This document shows positions 27,730 through 40,082 of a stretch of 64,000 nucleotides of DNA, piece after piece. A program made the position numbers and the translations under genes. The notes beneath the pieces were generated by a model, which was given only the letters and a program-made list of their open reading frames with translations, had not been told where the DNA came from and did not search any database. The stretch spans positions 21,950,001 to 22,014,000 of the forward strand of contig CM052832.1 in NCBI GenBank assembly GCA_028534125.1, written 5' to 3'. How positions within the stretch are numbered: position 1 is the stretch's first letter; each line of letters starts with the position of its first letter. The stretch comes from Lama glama (taxonomy: Eukaryota).

Positions 27730-29450
27730 GGACATGCTTCCAGGAAGATAAATAAACATATTTCCCCTATCTCTCCTGCTGAGTACAACTAAAACTCTGG
27801 ACACTGTAGATAAAACAAACATAAGAAGACTTTGAAAGGTGGGCAGAAGGCAGATTGGCCAGGGACCTTGGAACCTAAGGAACACCACAGTGGTGAGTTC
27901 CCTGCATTTTATTTTGCTTCCTATATCCCAGGCTTCGAGCTGAAGAAGACAGCAACCCAGAAATGCCAGCAGGTGCAGACAAGCCCTCAACAAAGCAAAA
28001 GCCTGTTCTCTTGCCAAAGAAGCAGAAAAGGCGCAGCTAAGCAAGACAGAAAACTTTTAGACAATAACCATCCCACTCCACACACATACCAAGAAAAAAC
28101 CAAAAGTGCAAAAAGCCATTCAATGGAGGAAAGACAGCCTTTTCAACAACTAGTACTGGAGCAGCTTGACATTTACAGACAAATGAATGAACTACCATCT
28201 AAGTCTCACACCTTACACAAAAATTGATTCAAATGAACCATGGACAAAATGTAAAACATAAAGCTATAAACTTTTAGAAAAAAATCATGAGAGCATTTTC
28301 TAGATCTAGAACTAAGTGAATTGGTTTTAGACTTGACACCAAAGGCACACTCCATAAAAAAGAAAAATTAACAAATCCAGGCAAAGGTAAAGACTTTTAC
28401 TGTGCAAAAGACTCTTTTGAGAGAATGAAAAGTCAAGCTACAGAGTGGGAAAAATTATGTGCAAACTACATATCTGACAAAAGTCTAGTACCTAGAACTC
28501 AAAATAGAATAGTTAAGAGAGATGAAAAGAATCTGGTTAGAAAACAGACAAAACACATAAAGAGACATTTTACCTAAGAGGATATACAGAGGAAAAATAA
28601 GCACATGCAAAGAGATTCAAAGCTACTAGCCATCAGGCAAATACAAACTAAAACCACAATGGGATATCACAACATCCCTATCGGGATGACTAAAATTAAA
28701 AAGTGACAACACTAAATGCTGGCAAGGATGCAGAGAAACTGGATCACTCATACAGTCCTGGCAGGAATATAAAATGGTACAGTTGCTTGGAGAAAACAGC
28801 ATTTTCTTAAACTAATTATGCAACTACAATGCGACCTGGCAACTATACTTCTAGGAGTTTATCCAAGAGAAACATTAAGACATAGTCACACAAAAACCTA
28901 AACACAAGTGTTTCATAGCAGCTTTCTTTATAAAAGCCAAGACCTGAAAACAACCCAGATGCCCTTCAACAGACTGAATGGTTAAATAAACTGAGGCACA
29001 TCCAAGACCATGCAATATTAGTCAGCAACAAAAGGAATGAATTATTGACACATGCAACAACCTGGATGAATCTCCAAATAACTATGCTCAGTGAGCAGAG
29101 CCAATCGCAAAAAGTTATATATGGTGTGATTACATTTACATAACATACTTGAGACTGAAATAACCAAATTACAGAAATGGAGGACAAAATAGAGGTTGCC
29201 AGGGATGAAGGAGAAGATGGGTTGAGAGAAAAGTGAATGTGACTATAAGCAGCAATGTGCACAATCCCTGTGGTGATGGAAACAACCTAGATGCTGCCCA
29301 GATAAACGTGGATATTCTGGTTGTGATACTGTATTACAGTTTTGCAAGGTGTTACCCCTGGGGGAGACTAGGTAAAACACACAGCACCTCCACATAATAT
29401 TTATTACTGTAAGTGAACCTACAATTACATTAAAACACTTAAGGAAAAAA
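27730..29450 (+). mobile_element. Old L1M element: 5'-end-like segment joined to ORF2 3' part and 3' UTR
   Basis: From ~28100 typical ORF2 and 3' sequence (AGCCATTCAATGGAGGAAAGACAGCCTTTTCAACAA, ACCACAATGGGATATCAC, CTGGATGAATCTCCA); upstream ~370 bp resembles L1M 5' ends. Confidence 0.8.
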
Positions 29451-29474
29451 ACTATCCAGAAAAAAAAAATTGCA

Positions 29475-30500
29475 CAGGCATACCTCAAAGATACTGCGGG
29501 CTCTGCTCTCCAGCCCACCACAATAAAGCGAGTATTACAATAAAGCCACACAAATAGTTTTATTTTCCAGTGAGTCATAAAGTTATGGTTATTAAACATG
29601 CAATAGCATTATAACTTAAAAATAATGTACACACTTTAACTTTAAAGTATTTTCTTGCTAAAAAAATGCTATTTTCTGAACTTTAAGAGAGTTGTCATCT
29701 TTCTGCTTGTAGAAGGTCTTGCCTTGTGTTGAAGGTTGCTGACTGATCACGGTGGTGGTCACCGAAGGCTGGGGTGGTTGTGGCAATTTGTTAAAATAAG
29801 ACCACAACGAAGTTTGCCTCATCGACTGACTCTTCCCTTCACCAACAATTTCTCTATAAGCACGCAGTGCTGTTTGATAGCATTACCCACACAACTTTTT
29901 GTGAAATTAAAGTCAGTCCGCTCACAACCTGCCTCTGCTTTAACTAAGTTTATGTCACATTCTAAACCCTTTGTTGTTGTTTCAACAATCTTCACAGCCT
30001 CTCCACCAGGAGCAGATTCCATCTCAAGAAATCCCTTTCTTTGCTCATCCCTAAGAAGCAACTCCTCATCCATCCAAGCTTTCTCAGAGATTGCAGCAAT
30101 TCAGTCCCATCTTCAGACTCCACTTCTAACTCTTGCTATTTCCACCCTATCTGCAGTTATTTCCTTCACAAAATCTTACACCCCTCACAATCATCCATGA
30201 GGGTTAGAACCAACTTCTCCCAAACTCCACTGAATGTTGATATTTTGACCTCTTCCTATGAATCATAAATGTCCCTAATGGTATCTACAATGGTGAATCC
30301 TTTCCAAAAGGTTTTCAACTGACTTTGCCTGGATCCATCAGAGGAATCACTACCTACAGCAGCTATAGCCTTATCAAATACACTTCTTCAATAATAAGAC
30401 CTGAAAGCCGAATGACTCCTTGATCCACAGGCTGCAGAATGGATGCTGCGCTAGCAGGCATGAAAAACAAGCTTAATCAACCCCCATCAGAGCTCTTGGG
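29475..30500 (-). mobile_element. Tigger1 DNA transposon 3' half (decayed transposase)
   Basis: TIR CAGGCATACCTC at 29475; ORF 29819-30073 MDEELLLRDEQRKGFLEMESAPG resembles the Tigger1 transposase C-terminus. Confidence 0.9.
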
Positions 30501-30539
30501 CTAACTGGAGAGCTGGTTTCTCTTTCACTGAAGTGGCTA

Positions 30540-30790
30540 AGTTAGAAGGACATGAACTTGAGGATACAGGCACCATTCTGCCTGCCACAAAGCAGAAGCC
30601 TACCTAAAGAAGAAAGCCTTCCAAGAGCAGGAAATGTTAAGAGCAATGTCAGTATCTGAGCACCTGGATCCAACCAAAGCCTTAAGCCAGATGCAGCCCT
30701 GCTCTGCCCAGTCGTATGAGCCAATAAATTCCCTCTGTGGCTTAAATCTGCTTGAGCTTTCTGCTCTTGCAAACAAGAACCCTGGCCAAG
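30540..30790 (+). mobile_element. MaLR LTR fragment (MLT1-like)
   Basis: GAGCACCTGGATCCAACC...TGAGCCAATAAATTCCCT...CTTGCAAAC ending. Confidence 0.65.
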
Positions 30791-31049
30791 TCAGCAAAAA
30801 CTAGGTAAGGTGAAATGAACTAGGTGAGTCTTTCCCCAATTGGTTCTATTTATTAACTATCAGTGAAAAAAATAGTTCTGTGGTCAAACCAACCTGGGAA
30901 ATTCTGCCTCTTACAGAGTCCCAGTATGCATCCCAATGACTGGTGAAGAGCTGCATTAAAGAAACTTAAACTCATTTATCTTAGGAACTGTCTGAAAATA
31001 ATTTCTCACAGATCTTGTCCTAACGAGGCTGATGACGGTACTGAAAACA

Positions 31050-33900
31050 GAAGGCCTGAATGAAGCAGGCCCTCATCCCCTCCCACATTCTACACAGATG
31101 GATGACTTCATTCTCTTAACGGGAAATGCTCCTCTGCCCACGTACCAATCTGTCGCTATGCATGAACTGGCCACCTCCCCAGGAACAGTCCTACTTTAAT
31201 CTGCTTGAGCCCACAACTCCAGCAACGCTCCCACTTCTTGCATCATCACTAGTTGTGTCTCTACCGAATCATTACTACCTGGATATAAATATACTGTTAT
31301 CTTCCCCGTTTAAAAAAGAAAAACGTTATCTTGACCCACTTCCTCTACTTACTACCTTCACCACATTTTCATCCTTTAAAGGAAAACTCCTTGCAAGAGC
31401 TGTCTATACTTACAGTGTCCAATATCCCCCTCCTATTCTCTCATACGCCAGGCTTTCCCCTCCACCACTCCATCAAAATTGCCTGTCATGATTTCAGTGG
31501 CTCCCAGCAATGCAGACAATGGTCAACTTTCAGTCACTGTCAATGACCCCATCTGCAGCATCTCATACTACTGACCATTCATTCCCTCCTTATGATGTTT
31601 TCTTCACTGGCTTCTGGGATCCCACCTGCTCCAAGTTCTCTTTCCACCAGGTCGGCCACTCCCCATGTCTCCTTTGCTGGTTCGTCCTCATCTCTCCAAC
31701 TTCTCAACGTTGGAATGTCCCCATGGCTCCATTACAGGGCTTCTTCTCTTCTCTAGTTACAGACACACCCCAGGTGATCTCATCTGGCCCTGTGGCCTTG
31801 AAATACCAACTATCTGTTTATATAACCAGCTCCAGTCCTCTCCTGAACTTCAGACTCAGATGTCCAACTGCCTATTCAACACCTCTGCCTGAATGTCAAA
31901 GTTATCTCAAACTTAAAAAATCAAAAACAGTACACGGGAAACACAATATTCTAAATCAACCACACTTCAATTTTTTTTAAAAAAAGCCAAAAATAGAACT
32001 CTTGACCCTCTCCCAACCTCACCCTACACACAACCACCAACATTACACCAGATCCGCCCACAACTTTCCCCATCTCATTTAAAGGCAATTCCAACCTTCC
32101 ACCCACTCAGGCCAAAAACACTGGAATCATCCCTGACCCCTCTTTTCTTTACCCTAAATCCAAATCACCAACAAAATCCCTGTTGGCTATATCTTCCACA
32201 TATATTCAAAACCTGAGTATTTCCAGCCATACCCATGGTTACATTCTTGGTCTAAACCAACATTAACTCTTGCCTGGATAATTTTAACAGTCACCATTCT
32301 TCTACTCTTAATTCCCAAAAGACACCTGCAGCATGTAAGCTAGGGATCCCTTGAAAACCTAAGTCATCTCTGGCTTCTGATCAAAACCTTGCACTGGTAT
32401 TCCATCTCAGAGTAAAAAGCCACAGAGTAAAAATCGCTACAAAGTTCTGCAAGGACATATATAACCAGCTTCCTGTTACCTCTCTGACCCCACTTCCTAC
32501 TGCTCCCTCCTCTCATACCACACTGCTCTCCGGATTCACACCCACCAGGTACACACTCAGCTCAAGGTCTTAGTCCTGCCTGGACTGCCTTCCAGCCCTT
32601 TGGGACTTGGCTCAAATGTTACCAGTGAGGCCTGTCTGAGCAACTCCCACCTCACCATGTCCACACACACTTCCTATCCCGCTTCCCCACCTTGTTTTCG
32701 TACCACAGCACTTCACCACCTGCTTAGATATTGGAGGGGAGCAAACTTGCTACCCCAAAATGTCTCTGGCATACAGATCATTTCGAGCTGAAAACAACCA
32801 AGGCCCAGAAGACTCAGGCAGAAACTCTGATCTTTCCCCTAACTGCCCAAAAGAATGTAAACAGAGGACCTGTTCCAGGAAGGGAGCTGTCACCACAGAT
32901 AACTATAGTATGAACTATGTGTACAGACAAGGTGAAACTAGCAAAGTCTGTTTGTTAAAATTCCTCTTTGTTATCAAACATTTGCTTTTCCATCTCACAG
33001 TAAATGCCTTCTTCCCCTCTGAAGTCCCAAACCACTACCCAGAGGATCCTGTTTTGACTTTAGCTGGAGATGGTATTTACAGGAAGGGTTTCAGCCATTT
33101 TGGCGAATTACTAAGTTTTCCTGGCTCTCTCCCATGCACATGTGTTATTAAACTTTTCATCCTATTTTTTTCTCCTATTAATCTGTCAATTTAATTCTTA
33201 GACCAGCCAGAAGAACCTAGAAGGGCAGAGGAAAATTTCTTCCTCCACGACAATGTCTTCATTATTTTGGTACTATCTCTTTCCATGAGGGTATATACTC
33301 CGGGGGCGGGGGGTGGGGGTGGGGAGGGAGGTAAAGGCTGCGGGTGCTTTGTTCACTGCTTTACCCCAGGTGGTACCTAGAACTATCAGGCACAATGCAG
33401 TATCTCAATAAATGTTTCTGACTGTAGATTACGCAGTCTCACAAAGTTTGGCCCCGAGCTGCTACTCCCTCTGCCCCCTTCCACTCGGCCCAACTGCACT
33501 AACCTCTCAGATTCCTCGAGCATGCCAAACTAGGCTCCGACGCAGAGCCTTCACACTTGCTACTCCTCTGCCTGGAATATCATCCCCAGATATTCACATG
33601 GCTTGCTGCCCATTTCTCTACTCAAATGACAGCTCATCGGAGAGGTCTTTTCCGAACCGCCCTATCTAAAATAACCACACACTGATCAGACATCCCACAG
33701 ATGCTCACTGACCTCTAGGCCCGCTTTACGCTTCATTTTAACTCCTAACACTTACCTGACACCGTATCTGTATCTGCTTCTGTCTTTCTCACCACAGTGT
33801 AAGCTCTGTAAGAACAAAGGTGTCACCTGTTTTTCCCCTCTAACAATGCCCAGCACACAGGACGCCCAGATTATCTGTTGAATGAATGAATGAATAAAAG
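31050..33900 (+). mobile_element. L2 fragments, interrupted by an LTR and a short L1 tail
   Basis: CTCTCCTGAACTTCAGACTC, CTCAAATGTTACC, and the terminal TGTTGAATGAATGAATGAAT at ~33880. Confidence 0.8.
32732..33252 (+). mobile_element. ERV1 solo LTR (MER34-like)
   Basis: TG...GCTACCCCAAAATGTCTCTGGCAT...GAGCTGAA start, ATTAAA polyA signal, end AATTTCTTCCTCCACGACA; ~520 bp. Confidence 0.7.
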
Positions 33901-35099
33901 GCTTGTTTAAGCTGAAATTCAGCTTAAACCTGGTCTTTCTACAACACAGGAGGACATTCTTACACTGGGTGGAAGGGTGAAACACCTAACCCTTAAGGTT
34001 TCTTCAATCACTGTAATTCTATGAAATAACTAAGCTCAGTGAGAAAGGGTAAGGCCGGGTAGTGCCTTTCAATGTTACTAAAGGACTACGGAAGGACTGG
34101 GAATTGAATGACATATTAAAAGCCCTGGTTTTTTTTTCCTACATTATGCAGTATTTACATCCCACACACAAGTGTGTGTGGATCCACTGAAGGGACATAG
34201 TATGAAAGAAAAGAGATGAGAGGGGACCACTGCAGTAAACTTATAATATCAGAGTTACAGAAGCAGGGAACACTGCTAAGCCTTTTATTTTACAGAACGG
34301 AAGTCCAGGAGAGCTACAAGATTTGTACATTGACAGAGCTAGAATTAGAACCCACATCTTCTTCCAACACACTCAGCTCTCCCCACGTGCCTCTGCCTCA
34401 CTGGCAAAGCACAAATAATGCAAGAGTTGAATGTGACCCTTAGAAAGAAAAACATTCCGGAAAAAAAATGAGCAAAGGAAAAACTGGCAACTCACTTATG
34501 AAATGCAAATAGCCATTAAGTATAGGAAAGAATGCTCAAACACACTAATAGCATTGTTTAAACAAGGAGTTATTTTCCACCTACCCCACTGATTTAAAAA
34601 AAAAAGAAAAAAAAAAAAAGACTGACAAAAGCCCTACTGGTAGCTGCCAGTTCAGCAAAGCCGGCATATCGTTTCTGAAGGGCAACGTGGCAATACGTGG
34701 CAATACGACTCAACCTTTAAAACATATGTGTCCTTTGACCCAACAATTCCATTTCTAGAAATTCACTCTCAGGAGACAAAAGAGACAAACATGTAATGCA
34801 GGTTCCTAAACCTGGCTGCGTATCACAAGCATCTGAACAAACTCACTCATCACTACTAATCAGCTCAAGTTTTTACTTCCAACAAAACTGGCAAAGGGGA
34901 TTGTTAGCCTTCAGAAATTAAGTGAGTAGTAAGGAAATGAAAGTTTGAGAATAAAAGGAAAGCAAGGTAACAGTTAAATGGAACAATAGGATCATACAGA
35001 GTTTTCTCCTCAAAAGTAGAGGAAATCAAGTTTGATACAGGGACTAACAACCATAAGTGGAAAAGGAAGTATTGAAAATGATGGAGTGAGAACAGTACC

Positions 35100-35630
35100 A
35101 CAGAGTACCGGTTACTTACACTGGAGAACCTGTATGATAGCAAATACCCAGGCCCCTTTCTGAATCAGAATCTCCAGAGTGGAATTCAAGGTTGGGGATG
35201 TAAAACCTGCCCAGGTGATTGCACTCTTCCCTGACTGGGTACCAATGTTCTCCTACAGCAAAAGGTCTCAGGCTTTGCATGTTTATTATACTCACCTGTG
35301 GAGCTATGGAAAATTTCCAGCTACTGAGCCCTGTGCTAGTTGACTCGATCTCTGAAACAGGAGCCTGGCCATCAATCTTCTTTTTAACACTTTTCAGCAG
35401 TTCTCATATGTGTTGCCACAGCTGTGAACCAAAGTCCTACACTACTATTTTTCATAGTGTGGTTCCCACACCAGCACAATTAGCACAACTGGGGACTTTT
35501 TAGAAATGAAAAGCCTTGGGTCCCACTCCAAACCTACTGAATCAGATACTCTGAATAAAGCTCAGCAATCTTTACTTAACAAGCCCTCTGGGTGATTCTG
35601 ACGTGCACTAAATTTGAGAATCACTGTCCT
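35100..35630. mobile_element. MER5A-like hAT MITE copies
   Basis: CTACTGAATCAGATACTCTG...AACAAGCCCTCTGGGTGATTCTGA...TTTGAGAATCACTG, with similar pieces upstream. Confidence 0.75.
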
Positions 35631-35719
35631 AGAATTACTTTCCTAAGAATCATCTAGAATGCTTGTCAAAAATATATTACCTGGTTAGCTGATTTTCAAC
35701 AAGGGAATGTTCAACAAGG

Positions 35720-35960
35720 GAGTTCAAAAGAACACTTACAACTCAATAACAGAAAGACAAATGACCCAATATAAAACATGAGCAAAGTCTTTGAAAAGAC
35801 ATTTCTCCAAAGATATACAAATGGCCAATAACTCACGGTAAGATGTCAACATCATTAGCGAACAGCCAAACACAAATCAAAACCACAATGAGATACCACC
35901 GCACACACACTAGAATGGCTAGAATAAGAAAAGAGAACAGTGTTGATGAGAATGTGGATT
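35720..35960 (+). mobile_element. L1 ORF2 3' fragment
   Basis: AGACATTTCTCCAAAGATATACAAATGGCCAAT...AAAACCACAATGAGATACCAC. Confidence 0.8.
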
Positions 35961-36353
35961 AGATCACCCAGAGAGAAAAAGAACAGAATCAGAAGAGGAA
36001 AAGGGACAGGACCAAGCCTTAAGGAACCCCAAATTTAACTGCCAAATAAAAGAGAACCAGCCTATAACAAAGACCAAGAAACAGCCACCAGAGAAGGAGA
36101 AAACCACTGGGGCACAGAAGGAAAAGGAAGAAGCATGTCAAAGAGGTGGACATGGTCAGCGCTGCTCAATGCAGGTGATGAAAGGTTAAGTAAAATGAAT
36201 GAAAATGCTTCTTAGATTTAGTGACATCAAGATAACGCATTTCCATATAATGATGGTGAGAAAATTACTAAGAAATTAAAACAAACTACCTTTGCACGTT
36301 ATATTACGTGTAACACGTCACTCCAACTTAAAAGGTTTAAAATAAATGAGTAC

Positions 36354-36397
36354 CTTGATTATCTGCAATTAGTCTCAAATCTTCTTGAAAGATGAGT
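36354..36397 (-). other. CDKAL1: CDKAL1 non-coding exon 2 (44 nt, 5' UTR)
   Basis: Acceptor TTTTATGTTCCAG|ACTC, donor AATCAAG|GTACTC. Size and position match the short second UTR exon I recall in mammalian CDKAL1. Confidence 0.8.
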
Positions 36398-36939
36398 CTG
36401 GAACATAAAAACTGATTAGAGAAAGCAAGCTAGTAACGAGTTCACAAAACCACATTAAGAACTCTTTTAAGACTGCCAAAAAGGGATTAAACTCTGTAAA
36501 ATACAGCTTTATACAGCAAGGATAATGATGTCCCACACTACTCCCAACTTCTTACTAATTAGGACAGGTGTGACATCTGCCATATTTGCCATGACTTAGA
36601 TCCAGTGTCTGGCCTTAGTAATAAACACTATCCGGCAGTATAACACATCTGAGGGATTCAAGTTAATACCAGTAAGCACAAAACAGGGTAAGGCAATGAA
36701 GTAAGTATCTACATCACCTTCCACCCGAAAGACACGTGTCCTTCCGAGATTTAGCGAGCGGTTTCATGAGTAAACAAGAAGGAAAAGTGAAAAAACAAGA
36801 CCCTGCTCTTCAGCCCAACCAGAGCTTGAATTCTTGTTGAGATACAGCTCCTAAAGTTAGGTAACTGGGAAAGCCCTGTCCCGCCCCACAAACTCACTAA
36901 GGCACAAAGTGGAAGAATGAAAGCAGTTAGAGGTGACAA

Positions 36940-37450
36940 TAAGGAACGAGAGCCCTTAAAAACGCCTTACAGCCCCGCAGCACCTCAGGCCAACGACCTG
37001 GTCCTCACTTCTGGCAACGCTCCCTGCCTCCCAATTCCCCCAGCCCAGATGGGAAGCTCCCTTTTAACTGCGAAACACACCAGCAAGCGGCCCGAGAAAG
37101 AAACGGGGGAAACAAGCCTCCGCCAAAAAAAGGAGCTCCGGCCAAACTCTGCCCCACACTGGTCCACCCGCCGCCCTTACCCAGTAGTCGGGAAATAACA
37201 AACCAGCCCAAAGCAGGAGAATCCACACGCCACTCTCCACAAACGGCAGAGACCTCAGATGGAGCTCGCCATGACATATACGTCCCGCCACATTTGTTTA
37301 CGCATGCTCGGCGACGGTGGCTCAGAGGGGTCAAAACGCTTCATCGCTGAACGTGCGCGTTCAGGTTTAACCACTTTAAGCAATGATTCCACTAATTCCT
37401 TTAGTTGCAGGAGCGAAAATAACACTGCCAAGACCTCGGGTTCTGAGACT
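36940..37450 (-). promoter_or_regulatory. CDKAL1: CDKAL1 CpG-rich promoter
   Basis: Local CpG enrichment against an AT-rich background. YY1-like ATGGCG near the start, E2F-like GGCGGGA (37283-37289), no obvious TATA box. Confidence 0.8.
37181..37280 (-). other. CDKAL1: CDKAL1 non-coding exon 1 (TSS approximate)
   Basis: Donor CTACTGG|GTAAGG at 37181/37180 inside a CpG-rich patch. GTCATGGCG...GAGAGTGGCG...TTCCCGACT resembles the human CDKAL1 5' end as I recall it. Confidence 0.8.
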
Positions 37451-37469
37451 CCTTTAATAGCTAACTTCT

Positions 37470-37640
37470 CCTGAACTCATACTACGTGTCGGGCACTGTG
37501 TTCAGCGCTATACATAAGCATTATCTCCCGGCTTATTTATTATTATTCTTATTTTACAAAAGAGGAAACTGAGAGTTTAAGTACTTGCCCGAAGTGACTC
37601 TGATAGTAATAACTATCCTCTGTGCTGAATCCAACTCGGC
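37470..37640 (-). mobile_element. MIR
   Basis: ATTTTACAAAAGAGGAAACTGAG core. Confidence 0.65.
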
Positions 37641-37885
37641 CCAAATCCCCCCAAAAACTGCTCTTTTCGTTAACATTTTACCAGCTTCCTCAACGTTTGT
37701 GGAAAGAGGTTGTATTAGAGAAGAAAATGGAAAAGGATAAAGACAGAATAGTTGGATTAAACTTAATGTAGATCATGTAACACCAAGCAAGGTGTTGCTG
37801 GGTTTTTTGTTTTGGGGTTTTGTTTTGTTTTGTTTTGGAGTGAGGTGTTTGCTTTTGTTTTTTTAATGCTTAGAAGTCAGTTTAA

Positions 37886-38070
37886 GGGTGGAGGGTATAG
37901 CTCAGTGGTAGAGCACTAGCCTAACATGCCCGAGGTCCTGGGTCCAATCCCTAGGACCTACATTAAAAATAAATAAATAAAAACCTAATCACCTCCTCCC
38001 GTCCAAAAAAAAATAAAATTAAAAAATAATAAATAAATAAAACTTTAAAAAGTAAAAAAAAAAAAAAAAA
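37886..38070 (+). mobile_element. tRNA-Ala-derived SINE (Vic-1-like)
   Basis: GAGGGTATAGCTCAGTGGTAGAG head, AACCTAATCACCTCC body, A-rich tail. Confidence 0.9.
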
Positions 38071-39039
38071 GCAGAAAGAGTATAGTAGGATGATGACAGG
38101 GAAGCCTAGAAAGGAAAAGTGCAGGGACCAGACTAAGGTGCGCCATGTTAGCTGAAATAAAGATGTTAGACCTAATCCTGAATGGATTGGGTAGCATGAA
38201 AGTGTCTGAACAGATTGTTCTCTTAGAAAGATGACTTAGAGGACAACACTTCAGAAGTGAAGAAACAGTGAAAACCTTAATTGAGTAGTCGGCTGTGAGC
38301 AATGGGGAAATGAAAAGGGAGGACAGAAGAAACACTAAGGAGGTAAAATCAGCAAGACTCAGAGATTGATCGGTATAAAAGAAGAGGTTACAGGGATGTT
38401 TCCAGGGTTTTCGACAAAGCAACTAACACCAATACCTCTTTGGTGAAATCGGTCTCTTGGCACTTTTAATATGAGTCATTTGAAAAGCCAGTGACCCTAC
38501 CTCTAGGAATTTATCTTATGGAAATGCTCAGAGTTATACAAAATAACATACACGCCAGATTATTCTTTGAAACATTGCTTGTAATAGCAAAAGACTGGAT
38601 ACCCTCTCTGGCTTCTCAATAAAGGATGGATTAAATATATTTATCATATTTATACAGCTCTTTAAAAAGAACAAGTTTGCTTTTAATGCACTGCCCAAGA
38701 CATTCTTAAGTGTAAAAAGAACTTGCAATATAGTGTATACAGTGTATGAGTATAGTTGTTGGAATATACACATAAAATCTCTGGTAGGACATATGAATAA
38801 CTGACAATAGAGTTATGTCTCTGGCAAAAGGAACTGAGTGGCTAAAGGAAGACTAACTTTTCCCTGCATATCATTTTGTACCTTTTATTTATGTACCATG
38901 CACATGTATTATTTATTCAAAAAATAAGTGGGTACATTTCATAAATAAAGTTAAAGTGACATTTGGTAATTTATAATTTACTGGTTTATCTGTTATAGTT
39001 AGTATTGAACTCTAACTTTATTTTATATGAATATTTAAA

Positions 39040-39600
39040 TATTTTTATTATGGTAAGATACATAGAATGTAAAATTTACCATTTTAACCATTTCTAAGTG
39101 TACAGTTCAGAAGCACTGAGTACATTCACACTTTTGTGTAACCATCCATCTCCCAAACTTTTTCATCTTCCCAAATTGAATGTTTCTGCCTATTAAACAA
39201 TAACTCCCTATTCTGCCTTTCCTCCAACCCCTGGTGACCACCATTCTATTTCCTGTCTGTATGAATTTCCTGTCTGTATGAGGTACCTACTATAGGTACC
39301 TCATATAAGTGGAATCATACAGTATTTGCCCATCATAACTGGCTTATTTCACTTAGCATAATGTCTTCAAGGTTCATCCATGTTGTAGCATGTCAGAATT
39401 TCCTTTCTTTTTAAGGCTAAACAGTGGTAGAGTGCATGTCTAGCATGTACAAGGTCCTGGGTTCAATCCCCAGTACCTCCACTTAAAAAATAAGTAAAGA
39501 AATAAACCTAATTACCTCTTCCCCTAAAAAAATAAAAAGGCATTCTTAAAGCTAAATAATATTCCATTGTATGTATAGACCACATTTTGTTCATAAATTT
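39040..39600 (-). mobile_element. L1MA/MB-like 3' end
   Basis: AAAATTTACCATTTTAACCATTT...ATAAGTGGAATCATACAGTATTTG...TTCAAGGTTCATCCATGTTGTAGCATG. Confidence 0.85.
39421..39540 (+). mobile_element. 5'-truncated Vic-1-like SINE inserted in an L1 fragment
   Basis: CAGTGGTAGAGTGCATG...GGTTCAATCCCCAGTACCTCC; flanked by AAGGCTAAA and AAAGCTAAA. Confidence 0.88.
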
Positions 39601-39964
39601 TAAATCTTTATGCTTTGTTTCTCAAATTAGATTGTAGACTTCATAAGAGCAGACACTCCATTTTGTCTTTTTCTTTTTTTTAGCCCTCAATATAATACTA
39701 AATGCTTTATAAATGTTTGGTGGTAGGCAAACCAATTGGAGTTTACAAAGACACGCTAAAAATGCAAGTGAATCTATAACAGTAAACGTTAACATTTTGG
39801 AGAACTTATAAATGTGTGCCTGTAACTATACTAAGTGAATTACCAAATGTATCCATCACAACAACTCTATAAACAATCCTATAAGTTAGGAGTCCTATTA
39901 TTATCCTCATTATCCTCCTTTGACAGAAGAGAAAATTGAAGCTTAGACAGGCTAATTTCAGGGG

Positions 39965-40082
39965 TTTTTTTGGGGGGAGGATAATTTTTTATTTATTTAT
40001 TTATTTTTAGGGGAAGTACTGGGGATTGAACCCAGGACCTTGTGCATGCTAAGCATGTTCTCTGCCACTTGAGCTATACCCC
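39965..40082 (-). mobile_element. Vic-1-like SINE
   Basis: GTACTGGGGATTGAACCCAGGACC...GAGCTATACCC on the plus strand. Confidence 0.88.

Noticed and set aside
29736..33194. Several 120-156 aa ORFs
   Set aside because: They fall within Tigger1 (antisense), L2 or LTR sequence; no intact transposase, gag, pol or env.
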